DNA of 64,000 nucleotides from Candidatus Uhrbacteria bacterium RIFCSPHIGHO2_01_FULL_63_20 (lineage in GTDB: Bacteria > Patescibacteriota > Patescibacteriia > UBA9934 > GWF2-40-263), in contig MGDT01000004.1 of assembly GCA_001791045.1 (NCBI GenBank), positions 136,767 through 200,766 of the forward strand, written 5' to 3'. The translations under genes and the position numbers were made by a program. Positions 20,619-30,039 of this stretch are shown piece after piece. Within the stretch, counting starts at the first letter, position 1. Every line of letters begins with the position of its first letter. The notes beneath the pieces were generated by a model. It worked only from the letters and a program-made list of their open reading frames with translations. It had not been told where the DNA came from and searched no databases.

Positions 20619-21515
20619 ATGTCCCCTCGCGACTGGTGGAACTTGATCCGCGGCGTGCCCAGCGAGGCCGGGCGGCCGCTCCCCAACGGACGCCTCCCCC
20701 CGCAGATGGATGCCGAGTACGCGATGGGAGGGTTCTCGCCCTCTCACAAGGCGCAGCCGCTCCTCGAGAACGGCCTGGTCGGCGCGCGCTGGGACCTCGC
20801 GCCGTTTAGCGTGGAGACCTACGTGGGGGATGGCGAGCCGCGCATCGAGCCGTATCATCGCCGCCGCTTCATCACCTGGCAGCCCGTCTGCCGCACCGAC
20901 GTCCCGCGCGGATGGTGGCGGTTCCCCCTTCCGCTCAACGCCCGCCAGCATGGCGTCACCATCCTCCCCTCAAGTTCTTCAAGCTCCCCAAGCTCTTCCG
21001 AGTACTGGAAGCGATGGTCGAGCCACGCCCAGCGGCACCGAAGGAGGTTCCTGAAGAACGAGACGCTCGAGATCGTCGAACCGACCATGGAGGAATACGC
21101 CGCCGCCTATCACGCGACCGGCAAGCTTCCGTTCATGCGCAACGACTTCGTGCGCATCCTCAAGCGACGGCGCGCGAACCACGGGGAACGCCTGCGACTC
21201 ATCGGCGCGCGGGAAAAGGCGACCGGACGGCTGCTCGCCGGACTCGCGGTCCTCGACCTGCCAAACAGCAAGCAATCCGTGCACGTGGCCGCGTTCTTCC
21301 ATCGCGACGCCTCGCGCACGGGAGCGAGTTACGGGCTCATCGACGAATGGTTCCGACGCAGCATCGCTCAAAACCTCCACGCGCTCCACTTCGGGCTCGT
21401 GTGGTACCCAGGCGACCCGGGATCCTGGAAGGGCTATTCCGCGTTCAAACGCCAGTTCGATCTCACTTGCGTCGTGTACCCGAACGCGTTGGTAAAAATA
21501 GTGCGCAGGGGGTAG
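20619..21515 (+). CDS. GNAT/FemAB-like acyltransferase
   Basis: WSSHAQRHRRR, GASYGLIDEW, GYSAFKRQF pattern. Confidence 0.6.
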   Translation: MSPRDWWNLIRGVPSEAGRPLPNGRLPPQMDAEYAMGGFSPSHKAQPLLENGLVGARWDLAPFSVETYVGDGEPRIEPYHRRRFITWQPVCRTDVPRGWWRFPLPLNARQHGVTILPSSSSSSPSSSEYWKRWSSHAQRHRRRFLKNETLEIVEPTMEEYAAAYHATGKLPFMRNDFVRILKRRRANHGERLRLIGAREKATGRLLAGLAVLDLPNSKQSVHVAAFFHRDASRTGASYGLIDEWFRRSIAQNLHALHFGLVWYPGDPGSWKGYSAFKRQFDLTCVVYPNALVKIVRRG

Positions 21516-21529
21516 GAAGTAGGGAAGAT

Positions 21530-22399
21530 ATGCCCATCCGCAAAGCCGTCATTCCCGTGGGAGGCCTCGGAACCCGCTTCCTCCCGGCCTCCAAGGCCCA
21601 GCCCAAGGAGATGCTCGCCGTCGTGGACAAGCCGGTGATCCAGTACATCGTGGAAGAGGCGGCCGCCTCGGGAATCGAGGAGATCGTGTTCGTGACCGCG
21701 ATCGGCAAACGCGCCATCGAGGACCACTTCGACCGCAGCTTCGAATTAGAGTACCGGCTAGAGCAAAAGAGCAAGACGAGGGAACTGGAGACGATCGGGG
21801 CGATCGGGAAGCTCGCCCGGTTCGCGTTCGTGCGGCAGAACAAGCCTGCGGGGGACGGCCACGCGATCCTCGCCGCGATCCCGTTCCTTGATCGCCACGA
21901 ACCGTTTGCCGTCTTGTTCGGCGACGACATCATCGACGGGCCCGAGCCGGCGCTACGCCAACTGTTCGACGTGTACGAAACGTACCAACAGCCGGTGGTG
22001 GCCCTGCAGCAGGTCCCGAAGAACGAGGTGTCGAGCTATGGCGTGATCGCCGGGACCGACGTGGGCGGCGGGACCTGGGAGGTTTCGCGGTTCGTGGAGA
22101 AGCCGAAGGCGGAGGATGCGCCGTCGGATCTGATCGCGATCGGCCGCTACGTGCTCACGCCCGGACTGGTCGCCGTGCTCGCCACCCAAACGGCCGGGAA
22201 AGACGGCGAGATGCGGCTCGCCGACGCGTTCGCGGGCTACCTCGCGCAGGGGGGTCGCCTGTACGGCCATCAGTTCGAAGGGACGCGTTACGACTGCGGC
22301 AACAAGCTTGGATTCCTGAAGGCGCAGGTGGAACTCGGGCTCAAACACCCGGAAGTCGGCGCGGGATTGGCCGACTATCTGCGCACGCGGGGCAAATGA
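21530..22399 (+). CDS. galU: UTP-glucose-1-phosphate uridylyltransferase
   Basis: KAVIPVGGLGTRFLPASKAQPKEM, VEKP, YDCG. Confidence 0.95.
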   Translation: MPIRKAVIPVGGLGTRFLPASKAQPKEMLAVVDKPVIQYIVEEAAASGIEEIVFVTAIGKRAIEDHFDRSFELEYRLEQKSKTRELETIGAIGKLARFAFVRQNKPAGDGHAILAAIPFLDRHEPFAVLFGDDIIDGPEPALRQLFDVYETYQQPVVALQQVPKNEVSSYGVIAGTDVGGGTWEVSRFVEKPKAEDAPSDLIAIGRYVLTPGLVAVLATQTAGKDGEMRLADAFAGYLAQGGRLYGHQFEGTRYDCGNKLGFLKAQVELGLKHPEVGAGLADYLRTRGK

Positions 22400-22431
22400 G
22401 GTACAATGGTGGCCATCAATCGGAGGATCCT

Positions 22432-23802
22432 ATGACCACCAAACGCCCACTCATCGCGCTGCTCCTCGCCGTACTCGTGTTCACGGGCCAAGGGTGCGGA
22501 GGCGGGAGCGCCGTCACCGAAAAACCGCTCACCCTCACTATCTGGAACGTGTTCGACCAGGACGACGCGTTCAAGGACATCATGCTCGCGTACCAGAAGG
22601 TTCACCCGAACGTGTCCTTTGACTACCGCCAGCTGCGCGTCGAGGAGTATCGCGACGAGCTGTTGCGCGCCTTCGCCGAAGGGACGGGCCCGGACATCTT
22701 CGCCGTGCACAACGACGGCGTGGGCGAGTACAAGTCCCTCATCGCGCCGCTGCCCGCGACGCTCGCGATCCCCTACACCGAGATCAAGGGGACGATCAAG
22801 AAAGAAAAGGTGACCACGGTGCGCACCGAAGCCACCATCTCGCCGGCCAACGTGCGCCGCGACTTCGTGGACGTGGTCGCGCTGGACGCCGTGCTCCCCT
22901 ACCAGGCGACCCCCAACGCGCAGACCGAGGAACGCGTGTGGGGCCTGCCCATGGCGCTCGACACCATGGTCATGTACGTGAACAAGGACCTGCTGAACGC
23001 CGCCGGCATCGCCCAGCCGCCCCAGGACTGGACGACCTTCCAGGACGCGGTCGCGAAGCTCACCCGCGTGGGGCCCGAAAACGCCGTCGTGCAGTCCGGC
23101 GCCGCGATCGGGACGAGCCGGAACGTGGAGCGGGCCTTCGACATCCTCACGCTCCTCATGATGCAAAACGGCACCCAGATGACCGATGACCGCGGGCGCC
23201 CCACCTTCGCCTCCTACGAAGCGCCGGACCGCACGAGCCCGGGCCAGGATGCGGTGCGGTTCTACACGGATTTCGCAAACCCGCTCAAGAAGGTCTACGC
23301 CTGGAACGCCGACCTGCCGCCCTCCTTCGACGCGTTCGTGACCGGTCGCACCGCCTTCTTCTTCGGCTACGCCTATCACCTGCCGCAGATCCGCGCCCGT
23401 GCGCCGCGTCTCAACTTCGCCATCGCCCCGATGCTGCAGATCCAGGGCGGACGGGTGGTAAACACAGCAAACTATTGGCTGCAGACCGTGTCGAAGTCGA
23501 GCAAGAACCAAAACTATGCCTGGGACTTCGTGCAGTTCGCCACCCGCGCGGACAATGTGACCAGCTATCTCGAATACGCCAAGAAGCCGACCGCGCGCCG
23601 CGCGCTCATCCAAAGCCAGATCGCGAACGAGGACCTCTCCGTGTTCGTTTCCCAGGTGCTCACGGCCAAGAGCTGGTACCGCGGGAGCAACGCGACCAGC
23701 GCCGAGCAGGCGTTCCTCGACCTCATCGACGACGCGCTCGCCGGGGTCGAGATCGAAGACGCCATCCGCGAGGCGCAAAACAAGGTGAGCCAATCGCTAT
23801 GA
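22432..23802 (+). CDS. extracellular solute-binding lipoprotein (family 1)
   Basis: Lipobox-like TGQGC, GPDIF, MYVNKDLL, PP.DW. Confidence 0.85.
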   Translation: MTTKRPLIALLLAVLVFTGQGCGGGSAVTEKPLTLTIWNVFDQDDAFKDIMLAYQKVHPNVSFDYRQLRVEEYRDELLRAFAEGTGPDIFAVHNDGVGEYKSLIAPLPATLAIPYTEIKGTIKKEKVTTVRTEATISPANVRRDFVDVVALDAVLPYQATPNAQTEERVWGLPMALDTMVMYVNKDLLNAAGIAQPPQDWTTFQDAVAKLTRVGPENAVVQSGAAIGTSRNVERAFDILTLLMMQNGTQMTDDRGRPTFASYEAPDRTSPGQDAVRFYTDFANPLKKVYAWNADLPPSFDAFVTGRTAFFFGYAYHLPQIRARAPRLNFAIAPMLQIQGGRVVNTANYWLQTVSKSSKNQNYAWDFVQFATRADNVTSYLEYAKKPTARRALIQSQIANEDLSVFVSQVLTAKSWYRGSNATSAEQAFLDLIDDALAGVEIEDAIREAQNKVSQSL

Positions 23803-24461
23803 AGCGGTTCCTGACCCTCATCATCGCCGGCGCGTTCCTCCTGTCCGCGTCCGCGGCCTTCGCCCAAAGCACCATCTGCAAGAGCAAGACGGGCAACACC
23901 TGCACCATCCAGGAAGTCGGTCCGTTCATGGAAGGGATTTCCAAAGCCTGCGGTAATGCCGGCGACTGCGAGCTCGATGACATCATGCAGGTGGTGGTGA
24001 ACGTGGGGAACTACGCCGTCGGCCTGGTGGGCAGCCTCGTGTTCCTCATGTGGGTCATCTCGGGCGTGCGCTACCTGGGCGCGAACTTCATGCCAGGAGG
24101 TTTCGAGGAGAACATCAAGAAGGGCAAGCAAGGGATGGTAATCTCGACCGTGGGACTGCTGATCGTGTTCGGCGCGTTCGCCGGGATCCAAACGCTCAAC
24201 GCGGTGCTGCGCGGAAGCACGGTGGGCGAAAAGCCGGGACAACCATTCGTCGATTGCACGGGCCAGGAGGACGGGGCCGTGTGCGGACTCAACATGGAGT
24301 GTTCGGGAGGGATCTGCATGACCGGCTGCGAAATCACGAGCGGGGATGAGGGATTCGCCTGCTATGACACCACCGACCCGCTCTACAAAGGCCGCTTGAG
24401 CGGATGCGCGACCGGCCTGTGCCCTGGCGGCGACAGCACGCGATGTTGTAAATTCAAGTAA
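23799..24461 (+). CDS. VirB2/TrbC-like pilin with Cys-rich C-terminal domain
   Basis: Signal peptide, two TM segments flanking IKKGK, many C-terminal Cys. Confidence 0.7.
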   Translation: MKRFLTLIIAGAFLLSASAAFAQSTICKSKTGNTCTIQEVGPFMEGISKACGNAGDCELDDIMQVVVNVGNYAVGLVGSLVFLMWVISGVRYLGANFMPGGFEENIKKGKQGMVISTVGLLIVFGAFAGIQTLNAVLRGSTVGEKPGQPFVDCTGQEDGAVCGLNMECSGGICMTGCEITSGDEGFACYDTTDPLYKGRLSGCATGLCPGGDSTRCCKFK

Positions 24462-24463
24462 GT

Positions 24464-24793
24464 ATGCGCCGATTCCTCCCATTCCTCGTCCTGTTCCTGA
24501 TCCCGCTCGCGGCATCCGCCCAGCGCACGCTGCAGAACCCGCTCGGCTCGGCCGACCTTCGCATCGTGATCGGCAACGTGATTCGCGTGGTCATCGGGTT
24601 TTCGGGGGTGCTCGCCCTCGCCTCGTTCATTTGGGGCGGCATCCTGTTCTTGACCGCCGCCGGCAACGAGGAGCGCGTGAAGAAAGGCAAGAACACGTTG
24701 ATTTGGGCCAGTATCGGGCTTGTGGTATTATTCACCTCGTACACGCTGGTCAACACGATCGTGTCGTCGCTGGCCACGTCGGCAAACCCATAA
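24464..24793 (+). CDS. VirB2/TrbC-like (CPR-type) pilin
   Basis: LQNPL, GG..FLTAAGNEERVKKGK..L.WA.IGL. Confidence 0.8.
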   Translation: MRRFLPFLVLFLIPLAASAQRTLQNPLGSADLRIVIGNVIRVVIGFSGVLALASFIWGGILFLTAAGNEERVKKGKNTLIWASIGLVVLFTSYTLVNTIVSSLATSANP

Positions 24794-24821
24794 TTATTCA
24801 CTCCCCCATAGGAGACCCACT

Positions 24822-25223
24822 ATGACGGACCTTAAGAAACTCGCCGGCCGCGCGGTCGGCCTGGCCGCGGCGGCCCAGACGTTCGCCTTGGCCAAGTTCG
24901 TCCACGCCCAGGCGCTCACGGGCGAGGACCTGTTCGGCGGCCAGGGCCAAGAATTCGGCTCCGCGGCCGGACTCGGCACGGGCGACCTCACCACCACGAT
25001 CGCCGCGATCATCCGCACGGCGCTCGGGTTCCTCGGCGTCATCGCCGTGGTCATCACGCTGTACGGCGGCTTCCTCTGGATGACCTCCGCGGGCAACGAC
25101 GACAAGGTGAAGCAGGCCAAGAAGATCATGATCTCGGGCGTCATCGGCTTGGTGATCATCCTCTCCGCCTTCGCCCTCGCGTCCTTCGTCATCACCCAGA
25201 TCTCGACGGCCACCGCCGGCTAG
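24822..25223 (+). CDS. VirB2/TrbC-like (CPR-type) pilin
   Basis: GGAG RBS; YGGFLWMTSAGNDDKVKQAKK. Confidence 0.82.
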   Translation: MTDLKKLAGRAVGLAAAAQTFALAKFVHAQALTGEDLFGGQGQEFGSAAGLGTGDLTTTIAAIIRTALGFLGVIAVVITLYGGFLWMTSAGNDDKVKQAKKIMISGVIGLVIILSAFALASFVITQISTATAG

Positions 25224-25288
25224 TCCTGGACCCATGCCCGTCGCCTGACGGGGCATGGCGTGAGCTCCGAACCCTCGAGGCTCACGCT

Positions 25289-25693
25289 ATGGCACTTCTC
25301 GCCCAGTCCGCTGGCGACCTCGCGACCGGCGGGCTTTCACAAACCGGCAAGGCCGCCGGGTTCGGCGCCACGGCCCTTCCCATCGCGACGCTCATCGGCA
25401 ACCTGATCAACGTGCTCCTTGGCTTCCTGGGGCTCATCCTGGTCGGCTTGCTCATCTACGCCGGCATCCTGTATCTTACGGCTGGTGGCGCCGAGGAACG
25501 GGTGAAAACGGCCAAGCGCATCATGGTGAACGCGGTCATCGGCCTCGTGATCGTGGTAAGCGCCTACGCCATCTCGGTGTTCGTCATCGATCAGCTGTCC
25601 AAGACGGTTTCCACGACCGCTCCGACGGGTACGGCCCCGCTGGATGACTGCCCGCCCGGACAGATCCCAGCCCAAGGCGGAGGGTGCTTCTAA
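25289..25693 (+). CDS. VirB2/TrbC-like (CPR-type) pilin
   Basis: YAGILYLTAGGAEERVKTAKR. Confidence 0.78.
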   Translation: MALLAQSAGDLATGGLSQTGKAAGFGATALPIATLIGNLINVLLGFLGLILVGLLIYAGILYLTAGGAEERVKTAKRIMVNAVIGLVIVVSAYAISVFVIDQLSKTVSTTAPTGTAPLDDCPPGQIPAQGGGCF

Positions 25694-25724
25694 GATCAAC
25701 GCATTGTCTAACAATTCTCAGGAT

Positions 25725-26126
25725 ATGAAAAACATCTACCACAAGATCACGGCCGGTGCCTCGGTGCTCCCGCTCCTTCTCCCCTTCGCGACCAACGCGC
25801 AGCAGCAGGGCGGCGGTCTCTCGGGCGCCCAGGGTCAGCTCACGGGCATCGGCACGGCGCTCGGCGGCATCAACACCCAGGGCGCTGGAGCGCTCCCGGC
25901 GCTCATCGGACGCCTCATCAACGCCTTCCTGGGCGTGCTGGGCATCATCCTGGTGGTGTACCTCGTGTGGGCAGGGTTCCTGTGGATGACCGCCTCGGGC
26001 GAGGAGGAAAAGGTGAAGAAGGCCAAGGCGATGATCCAGCAATCCGTGATCGGCATGGTGATCGTGATTGCCGCCTACGCCATCGCGAGCTTCGTTATCA
26101 ACGTGCTCGTCGGGGCCACGGGCTAA
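25725..26126 (+). CDS. VirB2/TrbC-like (CPR-type) pilin
   Basis: WAGFLWMTASGEEEKVKKAK. Confidence 0.82.
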   Translation: MKNIYHKITAGASVLPLLLPFATNAQQQGGGLSGAQGQLTGIGTALGGINTQGAGALPALIGRLINAFLGVLGIILVVYLVWAGFLWMTASGEEEKVKKAKAMIQQSVIGMVIVIAAYAIASFVINVLVGATG

Positions 26127-26200
26127 CGTCCAGAAACAAAAAAACGTGCCTTCCGGTGAACCCGGTCGGCGCGTTTTTCGTTCGTAGTGTCCCCTCCCGG

Positions 26201-26698
26201 TCAGAGGAATTTGGTCTGGACCGGGTTGCCGGCGTACACCCAGTGGACGCTGCCGCCGGCGTACGTGTCGATTCGCCTCGCCGCGTAGAAGCCGTCGACC
26301 TCCGAGGCCGAGACGACCATGAGCTGCACCGTCTGTCCGCGCTTGAGGGCACGGTGGTAGGCGCTGCTCGCGGTCATAGCATCCACGCAGGGGTAGGTGC
26401 CGTCGCTCTTGCCGTCGTTGTTCACGTCCACCTCGGTCGGGATGATCCCGTACCCGGCGGTCGTGAGCGACCCCCCGCCCCGGAAGGAGCAGATACGGTC
26501 GCCCGGATCGCCGAGATCCGCGATGCCGCCGATACACAGGCCGACCTGGTTGTCGGTGCCGCATTCGGTGGTGGCGATGCGCTCGAGCTGCGGGATCCGC
26601 GGGACCGGCGCGAACGCCGGTTGCGGGCCGTAGACGCCGGGAGCAACGCACCCGACGTTCACGATGACGAGGGACAGGACGAGAATGATCTTGTTCAC
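26201..26698 (-). CDS. hypothetical lipoprotein
   Basis: AAGGA RBS, GTG start, hydrophobic N-terminus with VGC lipobox. Confidence 0.65.
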   Translation of the reverse strand: MNKIILVLSLVIVNVGCVAPGVYGPQPAFAPVPRIPQLERIATTECGTDNQVGLCIGGIADLGDPGDRICSFRGGGSLTTAGYGIIPTEVDVNNDGKSDGTYPCVDAMTASSAYHRALKRGQTVQLMVVSASEVDGFYAARRIDTYAGGSVHWVYAGNPVQTKFL

Positions 26699-26731
26699 GG
26701 GAGATTCCTTGGTGAGGGTGGGTGGTGGTGA

Positions 26732-27181
26732 CTACTCTTCGGGCAGGACGGTTTGGACATCTTCGGCGATGACGCCGATGGCGCCGTCCTGGACCTTGTC
26801 GTTCTCTTCGATCGCGCCGATCTTCTGGTCCTGCTCCTTGTCCTTGGCCGTGGTTGCCGGGACCGTGCCGCTGGGAGCGGGAGAGACGACCTGCGGACCG
26901 ACGGTTCCGCCGAGCGCCAGGTCCACGAGCGGGTCACCGGTGGGACCATTGAGTCCGTAGCCGTAGCCCATGCCGACCGTCTCCCCGTAGGGCGACGAGG
27001 CGTACGGCGTCTTGGTCTCGATCGCCATCTCGGCGTTCTTGACCTTGCGGTACTGGAGGGCGTCGTAGCCCACCAGCGTGCCGTTGGTCTTGAACGTGCT
27101 CCCGTCCTTCTCCTTGATCGTCTCTTCGACGTACACGCACGACAGGGACAGCGCGATTGCGATCATGATGAAAGCCTTCAT
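26732..27181 (-). CDS. hypothetical lipoprotein
   Basis: GGAGG RBS; MKAFIMIAIALSLSC. Confidence 0.65.
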   Translation of the reverse strand: MKAFIMIAIALSLSCVYVEETIKEKDGSTFKTNGTLVGYDALQYRKVKNAEMAIETKTPYASSPYGETVGMGYGYGLNGPTGDPLVDLALGGTVGPQVVSPAPSGTVPATTAKDKEQDQKIGAIEENDKVQDGAIGVIAEDVQTVLPEE

Positions 27182-27269
27182 GGCTTCCTCCTGTTGGTGC
27201 CCAGTTGTGACAGGGCGGGTTTGGGGAAATGGTTTTTGGCGTTCGGAACCCCCAATTCCTGAACGTGTA

Positions 27270-27298
27270 AATATACCAGAAAAATGGCCTTTTGTCAA
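27270..27298 (-). promoter_or_regulatory. sigma70 promoter (extended -10)
   Basis: TTGACA-17 bp-TATATT. Confidence 0.7.
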
Positions 27299-27392
27299 GA
27301 GGGGGAAGGCGATATTTTGGCTAAGACAAAAGAAAAAAGGCCGTCGTGTCTGGGGAGTACCCAGGCGTACGGCCTTCGTTGACCTTGTTCCT

Positions 27393-29882
27393 TCAGGTCT
27401 TGAACTTTTCGCACTTGCCGACGCGGAACTTGTTCGGCATTTTCTTGCAGTGCTCCTCGAGCGTGACCCGACCCGGAGAACCGTCGACGACCTTGGTGGT
27501 CACTTTGGGCTTCGGCGCCTCCTCCTGGGCCCTGGGTTCCTCGGGATCGGACTTGTTCAGGTCCGCGGTCTTCTTCGCCTCCTCCTCGGCCAGCTTCCGC
27601 TTCTCTTCTTCGAGTTGCTTCTGCTTGTCCGCTTCGGAGGTGACCGAGTCCGGCGTCGTCGCGATTTGCGGCGGATCCGTCTTCGGCGATTCCTGGACCA
27701 CGGTGAACGCCGTGAAGTCCGGGTACGGGGCGAACTTCATCCCGACCACGAACAGCCCGGCGGCGAGCAGTACCCAGCTTGCCGCCACCGCCACCTTGTT
27801 CTCGTCCGCGAACTTCTTCGTCGCCCACGCGCACAGCGCGAGGATGGCGAGACAGATCGCGACGAACGCGAGGAACGGCGCGTTCGTTGACAACCCGACC
27901 CACAAGGCCGTAATGACCGCGTCCACCTGCTCCTTAAAGGCCAGCCGGACGAGCACGAGCGACATCAGGACGTAAATCGTGATGGAGCTCGAGATCTCGA
28001 ACCGCCGCAGCCATTCCACGGCATACGCGCGCCGCAGACCGTAGTACACCACCAGGTAGCCGGCCGAGAACCCCAGCGGGATTCCCAGACGCGCCCAGAA
28101 GGTGATGTCCTCTCGCCAGTAGTGGAGCGATGCAAGAAGACCAGCCAGTCCGAACACCCGAGCGAGCAGAAGCCCCGTCCGAAGCGTCCGATCCGGCGTC
28201 TTATCCGTGCGCCCGATCGCTTGATCGAACGCATTGGCGATCTCCTGGACCAGCTCGCTCGGAAGCCAGATGGCCAGGGACAGGATCGTTCCGCACAGCA
28301 GGGCGAGCGCGACGCCGGCACCGTTGCCGATGCCGTGTCCGATCAGGATGAACGCCGGAAGCGAGAGATAGATCAGGAGGCCGACGAACGCCGGACCGCT
28401 GACCGTATCCCACGCCCGACGCCATCGTCCTTTCTTCTTTGGGGGAATGGCCGGCGGCTTCGGGGCCGGCCGGCTCTTCCACGCGTCTTCCCGGGCCTTC
28501 ACCAGCTCATCTGCGAGCTGGTCGAGGTCGGGATTCGGAAGCAGCGCGTTGAGCTCGGCCTCGGCCTTTCGGAACTCCGCGATGGGGTCCCGTCCGGCCT
28601 CGGCCAAGCCCCGCGCGAGCTTCACGTGACCCATCACCTTGAGGATCGGGTCGGTCATGTCGGCGACCGTCTTCTTCGCTTTCGCGAAGGTGACGGCCGG
28701 GTCCTTGTCGGCCTTGTGCAGCTCGTGAGCCGCCTCGAGGAGCGCCAGAAGGCGGTCCCAGGGGTCGGTGATCGTGTCGGCCGTCTGCACCTTGTCGAGC
28801 GCATCCGAGAGGTCTGCCGGCGCCGGAGCGGGAGTTTCCTCCTTCTCCGTGCCGAGCAGCCCCTTCAGGAGCCCCGTCCCGCCCACGAGTCCGAGCCCCG
28901 CCTTGTTGGCAAGCTCCTGCTTGCCGCCGGCGAAGGCGCGGATGGCGGCGGTGACCTTGTCGAAACCCGCGTCGGTGAGGGTGCCGTCACGTTGGACGAC
29001 CCCTTCCTCGACGAGCGTCCTCGCCACCTCCGCGGGGAGGTTCCTGGCTTCGTCCACGTAGCCATGGCCCTCGATCTTTTTGAACAGATCGGAGCTTTGG
29101 CGGGCGGTGGCTCCGTACGCGATGGCGATTGCCACCACGTTGGGGTCCACCTCCTTGTGTTCCACGGCCTTCGCCTCGCCGGCCTTCACGCCCTTCGCCT
29201 CTTCCATGCGACGCTTGACCGCTTCTTCTTGGCAGAACGGGCACACGTGCCCTCCCGCCATTCCGACGCCGGTCAGGTAGTCCACGAGGACGAGGTTCGA
29301 GCGGTCGACCGACGGGCACGGCACGGCCGGTCCGCCGCGCGGATCCGTCCTCACCTTGCCTTCGGCGTCGACCGCCACCACGTGTAGGCTGCGTCCGTCG
29401 AAGGCGTAGACCCGGTCGTCGACCGAAGCCGAACCGACCTTCGCCGTCGCGTCGAGGCGCATGAGCTTCTTGCGAAGCACCCCTTCCACATCCGCGTCCG
29501 CGATGCCGTCGAGTGAGTCGAACAGCACCTCGAACGAGCTCAAACCGAGCAGGAGCGCCGCCTTGGTCTTGTCGTCGAACGGGAGCATCGGCACCTCGGC
29601 CTGGAGGCCGTGGGCGACGCTTCCGATGAAGTTCCCGGCGGCGTTGATGCCGGGGATCCCTCGCGCGAACAGGATCGCCTTGAGCACGAGCTCGTTTCCT
29701 CGCTCGCCCTGGGCGTACTCCTCTTCGACGTACTTCTTGAGCGTCTTGCTCAAGAAGTCGCGACCGGTCTCCTTGCCGAACTCGAGCGCCGCGCCGGCCG
29801 AGACCCGCTTCCAGAAATCTCCCTGGAACGAGCTCCACAAGCCACGGACGCCGCCTTTCTGACCCTTGTTCTTGTTGGCCAT
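27393..29882 (-). CDS. large hypothetical membrane protein (829 aa)
   Basis: AAGGAGG RBS; soluble helical N-terminal part with CPFC, several TM segments, charged C-terminal tail. Confidence 0.75.
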   Translation of the reverse strand: MANKNKGQKGGVRGLWSSFQGDFWKRVSAGAALEFGKETGRDFLSKTLKKYVEEEYAQGERGNELVLKAILFARGIPGINAAGNFIGSVAHGLQAEVPMLPFDDKTKAALLLGLSSFEVLFDSLDGIADADVEGVLRKKLMRLDATAKVGSASVDDRVYAFDGRSLHVVAVDAEGKVRTDPRGGPAVPCPSVDRSNLVLVDYLTGVGMAGGHVCPFCQEEAVKRRMEEAKGVKAGEAKAVEHKEVDPNVVAIAIAYGATARQSSDLFKKIEGHGYVDEARNLPAEVARTLVEEGVVQRDGTLTDAGFDKVTAAIRAFAGGKQELANKAGLGLVGGTGLLKGLLGTEKEETPAPAPADLSDALDKVQTADTITDPWDRLLALLEAAHELHKADKDPAVTFAKAKKTVADMTDPILKVMGHVKLARGLAEAGRDPIAEFRKAEAELNALLPNPDLDQLADELVKAREDAWKSRPAPKPPAIPPKKKGRWRRAWDTVSGPAFVGLLIYLSLPAFILIGHGIGNGAGVALALLCGTILSLAIWLPSELVQEIANAFDQAIGRTDKTPDRTLRTGLLLARVFGLAGLLASLHYWREDITFWARLGIPLGFSAGYLVVYYGLRRAYAVEWLRRFEISSSITIYVLMSLVLVRLAFKEQVDAVITALWVGLSTNAPFLAFVAICLAILALCAWATKKFADENKVAVAASWVLLAAGLFVVGMKFAPYPDFTAFTVVQESPKTDPPQIATTPDSVTSEADKQKQLEEEKRKLAEEEAKKTADLNKSDPEEPRAQEEAPKPKVTTKVVDGSPGRVTLEEHCKKMPNKFRVGKCEKFKT

Positions 29883-29987
29883 GGGATGGCCCTCCTTGTT
29901 TTCGCGCGGATCATGACTCCGCGAGGTTTGGAAACACCTGCGCCATCTCGGGCGGGTTCATGAGATCCGCACGAAAAATGACCTCCT

Positions 29988-30016
29988 TATATACCAAAAA
30001 AACGGGGCTTTGTCAA
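29988..30016 (-). promoter_or_regulatory. sigma70 promoter (extended -10)
   Basis: TTGACA-17 bp-TATATA. Confidence 0.7.
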
Positions 30017-30039
30017 CCCCGCCTGGCAGCGTGTTTCGC

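Noticed and set aside
20970..21000. Poly-Ser 9-bp-like microrepeat in the GNAT gene
   Set aside because: Short in-frame low-complexity linker with no evidence of function.
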